NCBI GenBank assembly: GCA_963810285.1
Contig: CAWEMV010000002.1
Location: 2,998,633 to 3,062,632, forward strand
Source: an uncultured Chloroflexia bacterium
GTDB lineage: Bacteria; Chloroflexota; Limnocylindria; Limnocylindrales; CSP1-4
DNA: 64,000 bases
Reading direction: 5' to 3'
The position numbers were made by a program, and so were the translations under genes. Shown here piece by piece: positions 61,861 to 64,000 of the stretch. Every line of letters begins with the position of its first letter. The first letter of the stretch is position 1. The notes beneath the pieces were generated by a model, which worked only from the letters and a program-made list of their open reading frames with translations, had not been told where the DNA came from and did no database searches.

Positions 61861-62642
61861 GTGACAGCTCCCCCGTCGACCCAGCGCTGGCGCACGGTCG
61901 TGCTGATCTATCCGGTGCTCGACGCACGCTACGGGTCGGGCCTGTCCCGCCGCCGCGTCCAACGGGTGATGACGCGCGACGAGCGGGAAGCGGTCGCGCC
62001 GGTCGTGGACCGGTTGCCCGCGACGGTGCTCGATTGGAGCTCCGGGCTGGCCACGCTGGACCCGTTCGACATCGTCGAGGTCCGCCGACCGCTGACATCG
62101 CTGTCGTCGAGCGGCGGCGGCCGCTGGTGGGTCGGACCGCGCGAGGTCCGGCCCGAGCTGACCGATATCGCCGGGACGGGCGCGCGCTACGACTCCGTCT
62201 ATGCCCTGTGGCCGTGCGATCCCGAGGTCCCGCAGTGCGGCTGGGGCTGCTCGCAGGGTCCGTCCGACGCGACGTTCGGGGCCGGGCTTCTCGTCGATCT
62301 CGACCGACCACTGGCGGACGCTCGCCACCGACCCGGATCCCGAGCAGGGCTACGTGCACGAGTGGCTGCACCAGGTCGAAGGTCTGTTCCGCGGTCTGGG
62401 CGTGTCGGAGGCGGAGCTGCCGCCGCTCCACGACGCCGGTGACTACACGTCGACGCGCTCGGCCGATGAGCCACCCCACGGCCGGACCTACGCCGAGTAC
62501 CACGACGGTGGCGCGCGGACGTGGTCGCCGTGGTACCGCGACTGGATGACGGGGCGACTCCGACCAGCCCGGGGCGAGGCCCGGACGCTTGCTGGCGTCG
62601 CCGATCGGGCTGACCCCCGATCGATGGGCGCTGCGGGGATGA
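61861..62642 (+). pseudogene. hypothetical protein with at least one frame disruption (near 62300), Cys/Trp-rich
   Basis: GTG start: VTAPPSTQRWRTVVLIYPVLDARYGSG...WPCDPEVPQCGWGCSQGPSDATFGAGLLVDLD. It then continues in another frame: DHWRTLATDPDPEQGYVHEWLHQVEGLFRGLGVSEAELPPLHDAGDYTS...WSPWYRDWMTGRL. The 3' end is unclear. Confidence 0.45.
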
Positions 62643-62651
62643 CGCCGATGC

Positions 62652-63513
62652 GTGGCCGGACCGCTCGTGTCGGTGGCGGCCTTGGCCGCCGCGCTCGACG
62701 ATCCGGCGCTGCGCATCGTCGACTGCCGCTGGTACCTGGGCCGGCCCGGCGACGGGCTCCGCGCGTACGAGGCGGGCCACCTGCCCGGCGCCATCCACCT
62801 CGACGTCGACACGGACCTGGCGGCGCCGACCGGACCCGGCCGCCATCCGCTGCCCGATCCGGCCGTGTTCGCGCGCGCGGCTGTCTGGGCTCGGGATCGG
62901 CGACGAGCACACGGTCGTCGCCTACGACGACCTCGGCGGCTGGGTCGCCTCGCGCCTGTGGTGGATGCTCGACGACCTCGGGCATCGCTCGGTCGCGGTC
63001 CTCGACGGCGGGATCGCCGCGTGGTCGGCCGCCGGGCACCCGCTCACGACCGAGGTGCCGTCGTGGCCGCCGGCCGAGCTACGCCTGCGGGACCGCTGGA
63101 GCCGCGTGATCGAGCGCGACGACCTTCGGGCGTCGCTCGGCTCGGTGCGGCTGCTCGACGCTCGCGGGGCGCCTCGCTATCGGGGCGAGGTCGAGCCGAT
63201 CGACGCGTATCCCGGACACATCCCGACGGCGTGGCACGCCCCGATCGACGCGAACCTCGCGCCCGATGGCTCGTTCCTGCCGGCCGACGACCTGGCCGCT
63301 CGGTATCGCTCCCTCGGGGCCGACGGCTCGCAGGGGCCGGTCGTGGTCTCGTGCGGCAGCGGCGTCGCGGCGACACACGACGCGCTGGCGATCCGGCTCG
63401 CCGGCCTGCCCGACCCGATCCTCTACCCCGGCTCGTACAGCGACTGGACGCAGTCGGGCCTGCCGGTCGCGACCGGCGACGAACCGGGTGAGCCGCCGAT
63501 GAGAGACGAGTAA
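62652..63513 (+). pseudogene. sseA: 3-mercaptopyruvate/thiosulfate sulfurtransferase (tandem rhodanese), one frameshift in a G-run near 62885
   Basis: GTG start: VAGPLVSVAALAAALDDPALRIVDCRWYLGRPGDG...GHLPGAIHLDVDTDLA...RHPLPDPAVFARAAVW. After a one-base offset it continues LGIGDEHTVVAYDDLGGWVASRLWWMLDDLGHRSVAVLDGG. The second rhodanese domain follows, with active-site CGSGVAA. Removing one G from tctGGGctc restores the frame. Confidence 0.7.
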
Positions 63514-63547
63514 GCCACGGTAGATCCGTCGTCGCCATGCTCGTCGC

Positions 63548-64000
63548 ATGGCAAGCCGCGAACGCGCGATCGACATCGGAGCGGCCCGGGCCCGCGAGAT
63601 CCTGGCGCGATTGCCGGCCGAGGCACGATCCGCACGGCTGAACACCGGGCTCGGGCAGGACGCGTGGCGTCCGCGCTCGGCATCTCCGTGTCGCAGTACA
63701 GCCGGATCGAGCGTGGTCTGTCACCCGATCTGTCGATCTCGCTGGCCGTGCGCCTGTTCGCGGTCCTGGGCTGGATCTCGGCATCCGTGCGTACCCGAGC
63801 GGCGACCCGATCCGCGACGCGGCGCACGCGGCATTGCTCGAGCGGCTGCACGTGCGATGCCACCGCTCGATCGTCTGGCGGACGGAGGTCCCGTTCCCGA
63901 TCCCTGGCGACCTGCGCGCTTGGGACGCGACTGCCATGTGTCGAGCGTTCCGTGCCGGCGTCGAGGCCGAGACGCGACTCCGCGACCTCCAGGCGCTCGA
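63548..64000 (+). pseudogene. XRE-family helix-turn-helix regulator, two -1 frame disruptions; runs off window
   Basis: MASRERAIDIGAARAREILARLPAEARSARLNTGLGQD (frame 1), then VASALGISVSQYSRIERGLSPDLSISLAVRLFAVLG (HTH, frame 3). It ends LDLGIRAYPSGDPIRDAAHAALLERLHVRCHRSIVWRTEVPFPIPGDLRAWDA (frame 2). The second break is in a GGG run. Confidence 0.6.

Overview
This is a 64-kb, roughly 70% GC chromosomal segment with dense, operon-rich organisation. An F420-type LLM oxidoreductase and the gene content suggest an actinobacterium-like organism.

Main contents, from left to right:
- A partial dpp-type ABC peptide transporter.
- A NUDIX-gcvT-gcvH-gcvPA-gcvPB operon, then acnA and an MFS transporter.
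- A complete, mostly minus-strand dcw division cluster: mraZ, rsmH, ftsL, ftsI, murF, mraY, murD, ftsW, murG, murB, ddl, ftsQ, sbp, ftsA, yjbQ, ftsZ. It is followed by yggS, yggT, a DUF167 gene and tRNA-Val.
- RNase P RNA (rnpB), then an idh-sdhC-sdhA-sdhB operon.
- An ECF sigma / anti-sigma pair.
- sucCD.
- An acyl-CoA carboxylase / methylmalonyl-CoA mutase cluster, with biotin carboxylase and BCCP as separate genes and a barstar-epimerase fusion.
- parAB with candidate parS-like palindromes and two DnaA boxes.
- A GIDE-LemA-phosphatase-flippase module.
- tRNA-Asn.

Notable irregularities:
- sdhB and four consecutive genes at the right end (59.9-64 kb) carry frame-disrupting indels. These may be pseudogenes or assembly errors.
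- rnhA and ubiA lack canonical start codons.
- yjbQ sits between ftsA and ftsZ.
- A strongly ribosome-bound small basic ORF sits between rsmH and ftsL.
- The dcw cluster lacks murE, murC and sepF.

No CRISPR, IS or prophage signatures were seen.

Coordinates for manually derived features (tRNAs, rnpB, motifs) may be off by a few nucleotides.
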